The notes under the pieces were generated by a model, which had not been told where the DNA came from, did no database searches, and was given only the letters and a program-made list of their open reading frames with translations. This document shows positions 48,782 to 60,495 of a DNA stretch of 64,000 nt, one piece after another (position 1 is the stretch's first letter; each line of letters begins with the position of its first letter). The position numbers were made by a program, and so were the translations under genes. Source of the stretch: Emiliania huxleyi CCMP1516 (taxonomy: Eukaryota). The stretch lies in assembly GCF_000372725.1 (NCBI RefSeq), contig NW_005201392.1, positions 1,183,184 through 1,247,183 of the forward strand. The letters are read 5' to 3'.

Positions 48782-49750
48782 CGGCGCACAGCGCCATATA
48801 AGGACGTATTTTCTTCTCAATAACAAGGCTGTGAACTCTATCCTGGGACCCAGCGCTGACTTCTGACTGTCGTTGCTGTCTCTCTCCCTTCTCGACTGTC
48901 TGTGCTTGTGCGTCTTGGGTCCGGGGTTGTTTGTGTTTTTCTGTGAATGAACTATCGGTACTCGGCCCCCGCCCGACGACCACCAGGCGCTAGACGTTTT
49001 TGGAGCCTGGCAGCGGTCTATCGGCACTCGTGAGTTCGACCCTGCGAGCAGAGAGTACAACCTCCTCAGCTCGCTGCTCCGCCGCGCGCTCCCTCGCCCA
49101 GCCGTCTTGCGTTGGGCGGGCCCGCGCGCCCGGGCCTTCCGCCCTGGGAGGCAGAAGACCTTGGCGACTACGACCTCCTCACTCAACCCCTCGTCTGCAG
49201 CGTGCCGCAAGCAGGTCCTCCTGGAGGAGGGCTGGCCTCGCGGCGAGTTGCCTTCCAAGGTGGGGTTGCGCGAGCATATGCAGGCTCCTCGCGCTGCGCT
49301 GGGGTATAAGGTGGGCCTGGCCTACCATGGCAATGCCGCTGAGACCGGTGAGTACTTGTACGACCCGAGCTACGCGCGACATCGGACAAGTAATCCACAC
49401 GCTGAACAGAATGTTCAATCTCAATTTCCCACCCCCCTGCGCGCGGGCCTTCTAGGCCCGCGGGTAGTCTCCCCCCATCCCCAGGGCCTCCAGGGCTCGC
49501 ACCTCTCAAAACCTCTCATAGACCAGCGCACAGCGCCATAGGACGTATTTTCTTGTCATAATCTTGTCAATAACAAGGTCTGTGAACTCTTGAGCACTTG
49601 AGCACTGGATAGGGTCGATTCCGCATGGTACGGGACCCCCGGTGTGAACAGGGCCTCCAGGGCTCGCAGTCGCACCTCAACCTCTCACAGCCGACCAGCG
49701 CACAGCGCCATAGGAGGTATTTTCTTCTCAATAACAAGGCTGTGAACTTG
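48782..49750. repeat. Repeat cluster: gcgcacagcgccata...gtattttcttctcaataacaaggctgtgaact at ~48782-48840, 49525-49590 and 49695-49750, enclosing a degenerate coding-like fragment
   Basis: Three near-identical copies seen directly. Confidence 0.8.
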
Positions 49751-49846
49751 GGGTGTCGCTAGTAAATTCTTGAAGTTTCCGCCCTCGTGGCATGTTGGAT
49801 TTCCAAAAGTCCGCCCCTGCGTGTGTCGGCCGCTCACGTCGACCGC

Positions 49847-51491
49847 TCACGTCGACTCTCCGGCTGCGTACCGGCGCATCCACGCTAGGATGTCCCCCGC
49901 GATGGTCGAGCGCAGTGGCTCCGGCTCGCAGAGGAGCGCGTGCAGCGCGTCGTACCGCTTCAGCGTGCGGTCAGCCGCGGGCGTCGCCGCCACCTCGCAG
50001 AGCCTCTCGGCCGCCTCGCGCGCCGCCTCGCTCAGCACCAGCTCGCGGTCGGCGAGGAGGCAGAAGAAGGGGCAGGCCAGGCCGGGGAGGGTCGCCTCAC
50101 AGGCGGCGCCTGTGCGGAGATGCGCCCGGCCAAGAGGCTTTAGCCGAGATGAGCCGGCCCGCGCTCTCACTCCCGGGCAAAGCGGGCCGGGAGCCGGGAG
50201 ACCGGCCCGAAGCAGGGAGAGCGCGCGGAGGGAGGAAGGGAGAGGGGGGAGGGAGGGAGAAGAGAGCGCGCGGACCGAGCGAGACGCACGCGCTCGCGCT
50301 GCCGACGCGCAGCGCCCCCTGCAGGCGGGCGGGAGAGAGCTTAGCCGATTCGCGGGGTGACATCCCACCGGAGGGAACCCGAGCTGTGTATGCGCGCGTC
50401 TGTGCGCGTGTGGGACAGACGTTGTTGTCCTCTGCGCGGGGCTTCCCGCGGGGACCAAAGACGGACCGCCGCCGCCGAGAGTGAGTGAGCCGGGTCCGGG
50501 ATAGGAGGGGCGGCCAGGATCTAAATCTCTCCCGAGATCGCACAACCCGCCCACAACCCGCCTCGCGTGCCTGCCCCGCAGCTGCTGCCCCGTGTATGTT
50601 CCGCGTGTGCCCCGCGCTAGGACGTGTGCAAGACTGACTGACTGCCGGGGTCGAGCCTCGCCTTGTAGGAGAGCGACCACATCTCGACCATATCTCGGCT
50701 GTATCTCGGCTGCATCTCGGCTGCATCTCGGCTGTATCTCGCCTTGTAGGAGAGGTGGTCCGCGTCGACCCGCTTGATGATGGCCTCGTCCGAGTACTGC
50801 TTTGCATTGTCGGTCGCGGACGACGGGATGAGCGGCAGCCGGCAGAGGGGCGTGTACCTGTGCACAGAGGCGCGGGGTGTGAAGAGACGCTGCTCTCACG
50901 ACAGGAGCGCATGCCCGCAGAGAGGAGGCGGGTACGACAGGGCGGCGAGGAGGTATGCGGCGGCGGCCGACGCCGGAGGCGCGAGCATCGGCGCAAGGAG
51001 GACGAGACCGCTCACACCGTCGAGCCTTTCGCGACAGAGCGAGTCGGTAGTTGAGGAATGAGACGCCTGGCGTGCATCGGGCTCGGACGGTGTCTGTTGT
51101 GAGCTCACCGCTGCGCGACGCGAAAGGCAATGGCGCCGCCCATCGAGCTGCCGGCGAGGAAGAGCGGCAGGCCCGGCTTCAGCCGCCGTGCCTCTCTTGC
51201 GAACGCCTCGCCGTCCTCCTCGAGAGCCTCGCTCGAGAGCAGGAAGCCGCGCAGGCCGTCGCTCTCGCCGTGGCCCGGCATGTCGGGCGAGCACACGGCG
51301 AACCCACCAGCGGAGAGCACCTCCGCCGCGAGCGAAGTCGACGGAAAGCGAGCGTGCGAGCCCATGCCGTGGAACAAAACCACCAGGCCGACGGCGGCCG
51401 TGGGCGGCTCCCAATGCCAGAGTGCGCAGCGCACGCCCGACGGCGCGTCGAGAGCGCTGCGCGTTGGAGTGCTAGATGTCAAGACTACCAT
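49847..51491 (-). CDS. Monoacylglycerol lipase / lysophospholipase-like alpha/beta hydrolase (multi-exon)
   Basis: VVLFHGMGSH, DMPGHGESDGLRG, PLFLAGSSMGG, GLVLLAPML, YDALHALLCEP..DILAWM. Confidence 0.88.
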
Positions 51492-51813
51492 CGGAGGCTC
51501 AGATAGGGGATCTCCCCGCGCTACCTGGCTACCTATCCCCAGGCCGCGCAGCGAAAATAGGGGGGTACCTACGTGTTGCAGGGCGGCCCTCTGGGCGGTC
51601 AAAACCGGACCTACCCACCTATTGCATAGGGTGTCACGGGGGTCAACAGACCCCCTATCTGGCTAGGAGCCGGAACCCAGCCCAGCCAGCCGAGCGGCCC
51701 TTTCACGCCGCCGCAATCCGAATTTTCCCACGCACCAAATGTGGTGAAGCCTCTGGGGGGGGTCGGACCCCCCCCCTAGCATGTGGTGTGAAGTTAGAAG
51801 TGCGCCCTCCTCC
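51449..51813. repeat. Direct repeat copy 1 (copy 2 at 56955-57354)
   Basis: cgagagcgctgcgcgttggagtgc and ctacctatccccaggccgcgcagcgaaaat...agaagtgcgccctcctcc shared. Confidence 0.93.
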
Positions 51814-52502
51814 CTGGAACACGGCACATTTAGCGGGCTCGAGCGGCACACAGTGGCTGCCGGGGTGTGCCGAGGCGGGGGGCTGGGAAGGCGGTAAGCC
51901 TTCGTCGCCCCCTGCTTGCAGCTCCGCGGCGATGAGGCCAAGAGGTCCTGGCGGTGCGGCGAAACACACACCGCTTTCAGACCCGCCCCCTTCACACACC
52001 GCCTCCCTGGCTTGGCGCCCGGAAAGAAAAAAAAGGAACCGCCTCTCTCATCGGCACACGTGTCGAGCACCAAGATGCAAGAAAATAGTGTGCGACACGC
52101 ACGGGTGTCGGTGGTAGCGAGAGAGTGAGCCGCGCGGCGCGCGGTGGGAGTCAGTTGCTTGTTACAGATAGTACAAGAATAGACCGTCGGAACACCAAAA
52201 GAGCGCGGATACTACCGCAATCCCGAAATAAGACGCCGTTCTGGCGTCGACAGGAATAATATAGGTGCTATCGTGGATAGAGTAATGCTCATTAAAGCGT
52301 GCTCCGCTCTCGCGCCCAGGCGCGCTCATGGCGCGATATTACGTCCCATTTGGGACGGTGTGAACTCGCCTGTCTGGCGCCATGGCTCGTTCATCATTGA
52401 GAGGTCTGCCCCTCGCTGGGTGTCACTCTAAAGAAGGCGATGCGCCGGCAGGTGCGAGTCTCTCGCCCCTGCGCGCCTCGGCCAGCCCGCGGCGGATCGC
52501 AA

Positions 52503-54260
52503 TCACGTGCTCGTGTGCTCGGGGAGAAGGCGCCGATCCAACTCGGCGGGGGGTTCGGCGACGCGCTCGACGGATGACGCGTCAAGTACGTCCGTGGTGC
52601 TCCTGGCGGCGTCTGCCGACGCGGGCTCGATCTTTGGAGCGTCGAAGCGCGAGTAGAGAAACTCGGTGGCGTGCGCGCTCTGCGCCTCATAATCCGACGC
52701 CTTGCCAACTATGGCGCCCTCTGCCTGGGCGGAGGTGGTATAATCTCCAGCAACTGGGTAGTGGTCTTGCTTGCCGTTGCGCTTCAGGGACGGCGTGGCA
52801 AAGGACTGGCCTACTGGCAAACGAGTGCGTCAGGCGCGGCGAGGCACTTCTCTGCTGCGTCCGGCGACGGCAGCAGTAGCCGCGTGCCGATGATGCCGTG
52901 CGGCCTGTCGCGAGCCGGTGCGTCACCTCTCGCAGTGAAGCTCACATCGATCCGGTGCGCTGGTCCCTTGATGAGGCAGTCATGGCCGGTGTCGCAGGAC
53001 GGCATGCCCTTCACCGCCACGGTCCAGTTGCCCAGCTCAAAGGTGGCGCTCGAGTAGTCCATCGCCATCTTGAGGCCGAAGCAGTCCTTCTTGCCGTGGA
53101 GCCCGAACTTGAAGGGGCGGCCGACGCAGCTGCCGTTGACCACGCGCCAGCCAAAGTTGTTGGGGTCGAGCTCTGATGCCCAGAACGAGGCGGTGGCGAG
53201 CTTCCGCGGGGAGAGCTGTGCTGTGATGTGCGCCTCCGTCAAGAAGGTGCCGTTGACTGTGAGAAGGCCGTGGTGCGCGAAGAAGAGCGCCTGGTCGCTT
53301 GGGCGTGGATAGGGGTCAGATCTGAACTAATATTGCCTAAGACTACCAAGACGAGAGCGCCTCCTCCGTCTTGACGTTGACTGAGATGCCCGGCGCGGAT
53401 AAAAAGTTGTATAGCGCGCCGTGGCGGCCGCGGAAGTCGGCGGAGCCTCCAGACGCGAAATTGACGTGCGGGTCGCGAGCGACCTTGCCCGTCGCAGCTG
53501 GCGGGGGGGCAGGGGGGGACAGCGCGGCGCAGCTGCTGCTCGCAATCCAGATTTCCTCGTATTCAGCCCTGCACTTCCTGCGGTACACGGCTGCCGCATC
53601 GGCGCTGTCCGCTGGGACCCGCATCCCGTTCCCGTACGAATTGCACTCCGCCTCACACTGGGCATATGTCGTCTTGTCCTTCTCGAGGCGAACTGCACAT
53701 GAACTCTGAATAGTTGTGCATGAACTCTGCTCCGGTGGATCTCCGGAATTGCAAATCGCGAGTGCACTCGTGCGGTCGCTGGCCACGCAGGAACAGAACG
53801 CCTTATACTCTTCTGCCTGTTCTTCACCTCCCAGGTCGTTATTGACGGTCTGCTCACTCGCAACCCATATTTCAGGGTAGTCCTCCAGACACAGTTCGTT
53901 GTCATTGATGTTGTACACGAATGCCAGGTCGGCACCGTCCCTGGGAATCCGCGCCACCAGCCGGCTGCACTGCGCCTCACACTGTGCGAACGTCATCTTG
54001 TTTTGGTCGATTAGGTGTGGGGCGGGGCAACCTTTGTTTGTACCGCACGAACTCTGCTCCGGTGGATCCCCGACATTGCAAATCGCATAGGCTTGATCGT
54101 AGTTGAAGAAGTTTGCAGCCGCACCCACGCAATGACAGAACGCTTTGTGGTCGTCTGCATCCACCTCAGTTTCGATCCACGTCGTCAAATCGTTGTCAAT
54201 GGTGCACGTACCTATCACGGTCGTCATTTGGAGCACGACGGCGAGAACGACTGCACGCAT
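52503..54260 (-). CDS. Secreted protein: two Cys-rich (C-type-lectin-like) repeats + C-terminal DPH/VWD-like domain; exons 54260-53361, 53290-52888, 52810-52503
   Basis: Signal peptide MRAVVLAVVLQMTTVIG; duplicated KAFCxCV..AICNxGDPPEQSSC..TxAQCEAxC..EIW; DPHVNFASGGSADFRG; two GC-AG introns restore the frame. Confidence 0.82.
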
Positions 54261-55215
54261 TCTGCCCGGCCCGCGCCCGACGAGGCTTATTCGCGTTGGA
54301 GGGCTGGTCCCAAAATCAGGATGAAACGAAATGCATTACTAGGCTCGCCATCGTCATGGTGCAGGCTTGACCCCAGTTGGCCACGGTGAGTAGGTGTGAA
54401 TGGGGGAGTTCGATATTCACAGTCGTTTACACTGAGGGAGCAATGGCTATTATTATTCGAGTTGCTTTGCCGTCATCATCCATCCAGGGGGCGGCAAACT
54501 ACCAATCAATCAATCAATCAATGACTGGCGGCTCAAGTCAATCAATTATTAATATTGCTGGTGTCCGCCGTGCGAGGCGCCGTTCCACTTCAGCGCCGCC
54601 GGTCTGGCGCGGTTTCCTATTTGCAATTATTGCACGCCGCGCCGCCGTCGGGCGAACTTATCGGCAGCACGACTTTGCATTTTGGCGCGGTTTTCGCGAT
54701 GTCTCTCATAGCTCTGCCTCTGGGTCGCAATGGGCGATCCCAGGCGGGAGCAGAGGCCAGTGGCCTCGATCCCTCGATTCTCTGATGGGCTGGGCCTACA
54801 CTCCGATCGAGTTCATGTTATTCCGAGGGGAGAGACAGACAGACGGATCGATCGCAGGGCAGGCAGGCAGGTCTGTCTGCTTGCTAGGGGCGCTGCGAGA
54901 GTCCGCGGCTTCCTTCCACTCACTGACTGCACCCCGGACGGAGATATCTCCAGGGCCCGTCGCCCCCGGGGCCCCACGCCATGTGACACCCCATAGGAGC
55001 AGCTTGGCTTTCGCAGCCGGTGCCTTTCTGGTGTCAGAAGCGGGACGCAACTCGGGGTGGTCGCAGGCACAAGTCTTTTGGCCAATTTACCGATTGAGGG
55101 TGGTGCGCGCTGGCGCGCGAGCTTTCCCAGAGCAACAGTACAAACGAGGGCGACGCCCGCGCGTGCGGTTGCCGCGGCCGCCTCCCGGCTGCCAGCCCCG
55201 CTCTTGGGCGGCATT

Positions 55216-56709
55216 ATGTCGTTCCTGTTGGTCAATCACTGCAGCGCCACCAATCCAATATCAGCGGCCTGTGCGGACCAAGACCCGCACCTCCGCTTTG
55301 CCTTTGGTGGGAGCGCCGACTTTCGAGGCCGCCACAACGCGCTGTATAACTTCCTCTCCGCGCCAGGCCTCGCCCTCAACATCAAGACGGAGGACTCGAC
55401 CTTCAAGATGCACGGCGGGAAACTCACTGTCGACGGCTCCTTCATGACCGAGGCGCACCTGACTGCAGTCAGTTTGCCCAAAAGGAAGTTTGCCAACGTG
55501 TCCTTCTGGGCGGCCGAGCTGAACGAGTTTAACACCGGCTGGCGCGTCGTCAATGGTACCTGCGGGGGACACTACTTCAAGCTCGGGCAGGGAGGCCGCA
55601 AGACGTGCGAGGAGATGTCGTTCGTCGTCGGCTACTCGACCGCCACGTGGACCACCCGCGACTGGGTCATCCAAGTGCACGGCAACCACGTCAACGACCG
55701 TGTCTCGGGCCCAGAGCACCGGCTCGACATTTCGCTGAGCGCCAAGGGCAGTGCGACCGCAGCAAGCCTGCCGCACGGGCTGGTGGGCCAGTCCTTTGCG
55801 ACCGTCGGCCTGCCCCGCCTCGGCCGGAAAGACGTCTACCCCGCCTCGGGCCACATCCGAACCGAGTCGATGGCCGAGGGCGCCATCGATGGAGAGGCGC
55901 ATATGTACGAGGTCTCATCGGCCTTCGAAACCCGCTTTGCCTTCTCCCGCTTCGCCACGGTCCCCGCCAGTGCGTCTTCGCTTCTCCCTCATACGGACGC
56001 CCCGGACGCCGCCCTCGCCCCAGCCCCCACGGCCGCGTTTGAGACTCCCGGGCGGCGTCTGGCGGACGAGTGCACTGACTGTGTCGTGATCAGCGACATC
56101 ACAAACGCAGATCTGGAGGCCACACACACCTATCTGTGCACGTTAGCGCAAATGGGAAGCAACTGCCCGGCGGATCCAAGGACCTTATCCCAGGACTGGC
56201 ACCCACCCCTGGACGCAAGCATCGTGAGTGTGACAGCAGTCAAGCTGCAGGCCTACTGGCGTGAGAACTTCGTACAAGGTCTCGGAGTGTATACGCTCGA
56301 TCAGCTCGAGGGGCGTGCGGTGTCTACCGGCGCCGGGCAGTTCTCCTACAACGGCGGATCATCCACGTCCGCGCACTTTTGGGTGGCAGGTGCAATAGAC
56401 GACGTGCAACAAAAGCTTTTGCTCGCCAAGGTGGTCGCGTTTGTGGACTCCAGCAACTCTCTGTACCTGGGCGGGGCTTCCCCTTCTAAATCGGTGAGTT
56501 GCGACGCGCTTTCGGTGGAGTGCAACAACACCAACATCAACCAGGTCGACCTCGTCGAGTTCTATGACAACTGCGACACTCACGGCGGCGACTGCAATGT
56601 TGCGGTCTACCACGGCGGCACAGCATGGCCAGATATTGACAACACCGCATACCAAGGAAGCATCGGCGTCGCTAAGATCTCGCACAGCCTGGGCGTGTCG
56701 CTGTGCTGA
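55216..56709 (+). CDS. Secreted protein: N-terminal DPH/VWD-like domain, RRL motif, unique Cys-containing C-terminal domain (start may lie upstream)
   Basis: DPHLRFAFGGSADFRG, SFWAAEL, HRLDIS, PHGLVGQSFA, AEGAI, FAFSRF, GRRLADEC. Confidence 0.85.
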   Translation: MSFLLVNHCSATNPISAACADQDPHLRFAFGGSADFRGRHNALYNFLSAPGLALNIKTEDSTFKMHGGKLTVDGSFMTEAHLTAVSLPKRKFANVSFWAAELNEFNTGWRVVNGTCGGHYFKLGQGGRKTCEEMSFVVGYSTATWTTRDWVIQVHGNHVNDRVSGPEHRLDISLSAKGSATAASLPHGLVGQSFATVGLPRLGRKDVYPASGHIRTESMAEGAIDGEAHMYEVSSAFETRFAFSRFATVPASASSLLPHTDAPDAALAPAPTAAFETPGRRLADECTDCVVISDITNADLEATHTYLCTLAQMGSNCPADPRTLSQDWHPPLDASIVSVTAVKLQAYWRENFVQGLGVYTLDQLEGRAVSTGAGQFSYNGGSSTSAHFWVAGAIDDVQQKLLLAKVVAFVDSSNSLYLGGASPSKSVSCDALSVECNNTNINQVDLVEFYDNCDTHGGDCNVAVYHGGTAWPDIDNTAYQGSIGVAKISHSLGVSLC

Positions 56710-56954
56710 GCTCTCCTGCGGTTGCCGCTGCCTTTACGTCGGATGTGGTCTCCTGGTCTCTCCATCCACAGATCACAGTTCGGCGCGGATCTGAGGGAAA
56801 GGACCCAGGAAGACCCAGGAAGGAGGATGAATGATAAACGGAGCCCCCATACTCAGGAGGGGGGGAGGAACACGGCACACAGACCGGACGCGCAGGCGCA
56901 CGGCGATTTCTTCTTGTGAGTCAGGGGTGGTTACGCTCGTGCCAACGCTTGATC

Positions 56955-57354
56955 CGAGAGCGCTGCGCGTTGGAGTGCGATGTCGCGCCTGGCGCCGCCA
57001 TCGGGCGTCAGGCTTAGATAGGTAGGGGATCTCGCGCACCAATCAAAAAGCCCTACCTACCTACCTATCCCCAGGCCGCGCAGCGAAAATAGGGGGGTAC
57101 CTACGTGTTGCAGGGCGGCCCGCCTCCCTCTGGGGCGGTCAAAACTGGACCTACCTACCTATTGCATAGGGTGTCACGGGGGTCAACAGACCCCCTATCT
57201 GGCTAGGAGCCGGAACCCAGCCCAGCCAGCCGAGCGGCCCTTTCACGCCGCCGCAATCCGAATTTTCCCACGCACCAAATGTGGTGAAGCCTCTGGGGGG
57301 GGTCGGACCCCCCCCCCCCCAGCATGTGGTGTGAGTAGAAGTGCGCCCTCCTCC
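56955..57354. repeat. Direct repeat copy 2 (copy 1 at 51449-51813), immediately upstream of Ariadne
   Basis: Near-identical to 51449-51813. Confidence 0.93.
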
Positions 57355-57414
57355 AGGCGCACGGCGATTTCTTATTGTGAGACCGCCTCTCAGGCTGGAC
57401 CCGGCCGCCTGGAG

Positions 57415-59057
57415 ATGAGCGAGGCAGGCAGCTCTGATGGGTACGACGAGATGTCCTGCTCCCAGGAGGACACCTCGGATCCCGAGGAGGAGATCTTCGA
57501 CTCGGAGCCCATTCGGCAGCAGACGCAGACCTTCACCGTGCTCGACGCCTCCGAGTGCCTCGCGCTCGCGCAGAAGGAGGTCGATGAGGTGAGGGAGCTA
57601 TTATGCTGCAGCGAGGAGGTGGCCAGCATCCTGATGCGCCAGTTCCGCTGGAACCGCGAGAAGCTCACCGAAGGCGAGGAAGCGCCAGCCGCGGAGGCGT
57701 GCCTTCTAGCCTTGCGCTCACAGCGGCCTGCCACCCGCGCGCAGAGTACCTTTGCGACGCAGACAAGGTACTCAAGCGCGCGGGCATCCACCAGGGCGAG
57801 AACCTCGAGATCGTCCACGCCGACGGCGCTGTGGCCGTCGGCGGCACGTCTCAGCCGCGCGGGTCGCTGCCGGACGTGCAGTGCTTGATATGCTACGAGA
57901 CGTCGGCCGACTACTCTGCGCTCGGCTGCGGGCACCAGTTTTGCAACACGTGCTACACCACCTTCCTGGCCCACAAGATCACCGACGAGGGCTACAACTG
58001 CGTCTTTGCTACGTGCCCAAAGCCCGAGGTGTGCCCAGCCCCGCTCAGCCGAGGCCCGCCTGCGCGCGCGCTCCCGCAGCCCGCGCTCTCTGCTGCCCGC
58101 ACGGCTCGCGCGCGCTCTGCTGACCGCCGGCGTGGCGGCGCGGCGGCAGTGCTCGCTGGTGGTCTCGGAGCGGCTGGTGCACTCGCTCGCGCTGCCGGCC
58201 GACAAGCGCGCCATCTTTGACAAGGCGCGGCGCATCGAGCGGTCTTACGTCGACGACAACCCAAACCTCAAGTGGTGCACGGCTGCCGGGTGCGGCAACG
58301 CGATCCGCGCGCCAAAGGGGCACCTCGGCGTCAAGTGCTCGTGCGGGCAGCGCTTCTGCTTCAAGTGCAACGACGAGGACCACGCGCCGTGCTCGTGCGA
58401 GGAGCTGGCCAAGTGGATGGTCAAGTGCCGCGACGACTCGGAGACGTACAACTGGCTGATGTCCAACACAAAGGCGTGCCCCAAGTGCGCCACCTCGATC
58501 GAGAAGAATGGCGGCTGCAACCACATGACGTGCAAGAACTCCTCTTGCAAGTTTGAGTTTTGCTGGGTCTGCCTCGGCCCGTGGAAGGACCACTCGGGCT
58601 CGACTACCTAGATGCAGAACACGTCTCCTTGTCTCCCAACTCGCGCTCGAGAGGACATGGATTCCACTGTAAAGCGTTGTCGGCCGTATTCACTGTATTC
58701 GCCTCCCTCGTACTCACGCGGTGCTCTGAATACGCTGCACAACACCGTATTCCCGCCCTGAAGTTGGCGTATCCACCGCGCAGGCTCGTACTACTCGTGC
58801 AACCGGTACGACCCGGAAAAGGAGAAGGAGAACCCCGAGGCCAAGAAGAAGGACTCGTCGCGCGCCGCCCTCGAGCGGTACCTGCACTACTACACCCGCT
58901 TCACAAACCACCACAACTCGCTCAAGTTTGAGGTCGAGGCGAGGGCAAAGATGGAGGAGAAGATCAAGGAGATGGAGAAGCAGGGCGACAAGACGTGCGC
59001 GCGCCGCGTCGCCGCCCCGCGGCAGCCGCTCCGCCCCCCCCACCACCACCACCACCG

Positions 59058-59100
<43 letters not shown>

Positions 59101-59548
59101 CACCCTCCACGCCCCTCCGCCTCGCGCACAGGTGGATCGACTGCACCTACCTGAAGGATGCAAACGAGGCGCTGTACGAGTGCCGGTACGCACTGCAGTA
59201 CACGTGCGTCCTTCCCCCTCCCCCCCCCGGCCCCGGCCCCGGCCCCTGCCCGGGCACCGCTCCGAACCCCCCTTCTCGCCGCGCAGGTACGTCTACGCCT
59301 TCTACTTGCCGCAGGGCGGCAACTTCCGCACGCACTTTGAGATGAACCAGACCGAGCTCGAGCAGCAGACAGAGCAGCTGTCCGAGATGCTCGAGAAGGA
59401 CGTGTCGGAGATCCACCGCGCAGAGGTGGTGCACTGCTTCACGATGGCAAAGACGAGGCTCACCAACTTGCTCGAGCTCGTCGCCGTCCGCGGATCGGGC
59501 TCCGCGACCGACACCTCGGGCGGAGCTGGCAGCAGCAGCGACCCGTGA
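57415..59548 (+). CDS. ARI: Ariadne-family RBR E3 ubiquitin ligase (multi-exon)
   Basis: Acidic N-terminus, LMRQFRWNREKL, RING1 CLIC..CGHQFCNTC, IBR LKWC..CSCGQRFCFKC..HAPCSC, RING2 NTKACPKC..IEKNGGCNHMTC..FEFCWVC, Ariadne domain LERYLHYYTRF..H. Confidence 0.96.
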
Positions 59549-59882
59549 CCGCGGGGAGGACCCGCGGCGGCAGGGCAGGCGCTGAATGCATGGGGCGTGC
59601 GTCGAGGGGCCGGCGCCTCGCCGGCTGCTCGTCCTCGTCCTCGCGCCCCTCACAGTACTCTGACACCGTCTGACAAAACCATGGAGAGAGAGCTGAGAGA
59701 GAGAGAGCCGAGAGGGAGCAGAGAGAGTTCGTCCAATGAGACCGAGAGTCTGGAGAGAGGGATATGTACGAGAGTCGCGGTTGAAAAAAATCTAGGCGCA
59801 AAGCGCCGTATTCAAACACGACCAACGCTCCGAAGCGCAGCCCCCCGTTTCAGCAGAGCACCGACGCACGAACACCCACAAA

Positions 59883-60177
59883 CTATCCTTTCAGCGCTTT
59901 GAGCGCGGCCACTTCTTGCTCGAGTGCCTTTACCCGCTTCTGCATCGCAGCGACGGAGCTGACGGTCTCGCTGCCGAGCGCTTCGATCCGCGCGTCTACT
60001 GCTCCCGCCGCAACGTAGATGTCCTGGTGCACGCGGTAGTAGCCAAAAGCGAGCGCGACGACACCGCCCGTGAGGAAGCTCTGGAAGTTTTGGCGGAGCT
60101 GCGGAGGCGGGGGAGGGGCGGGCTCGGGCGGGGCTGCAAGAAAACATGCCGCTACGCAGCGAGCGCACCATCGCCAT
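59883..60177 (-). CDS. Small (74 aa) single-TM + coiled-coil protein; exons 60177-60169 and 60098-59883
   Basis: MAM|LRQNFQSFLTGGVVALAFGYYRVHQD...MQKRVKALEQEVAALK via GT-AG intron 60099-60168. Confidence 0.65.
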
Positions 60178-60289
60178 CGCTCGGAGCGAGCAGCCCCAGG
60201 CTCGGCGTCCGACTCGCTGAGAAAAAGAATTGTGCGCGTCGTGCGCACTGGCGCTCCCCACGCTAGTGAGGAGGAGGAGAGCCCCACCT

Positions 60290-60495
60290 GTGCCCCTGGT
60301 CGTCCTTCCAAAATCCTGCTCGTGCAGGTGTGGACCCGGTCCTCCTCCCCCATCCCTCGTTTGGGTTGAATCTCTTCTTTCTTTCTCTCTCTCTTTGGCG
60401 CTCCCCACTCCCGTTCCCCTGTGTCCCTGATCGTCCTTCCGAAATCCTGCTCGTGCAGGTGGGGAGCCTGTCCTCCTCCCATCCCTCGTTTGGCA
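60290..60495. repeat. Two ~70-bp related units ending in cccatccctcgtttgg, matching the 3'-flank motif of the LINE remnant (ccaaacgagggatggg, ~37555)
   Basis: tcgtccttcc(a/g)aaatcctgctcgtgcaggtg recurs at ~60300 and ~60431. Confidence 0.7.
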
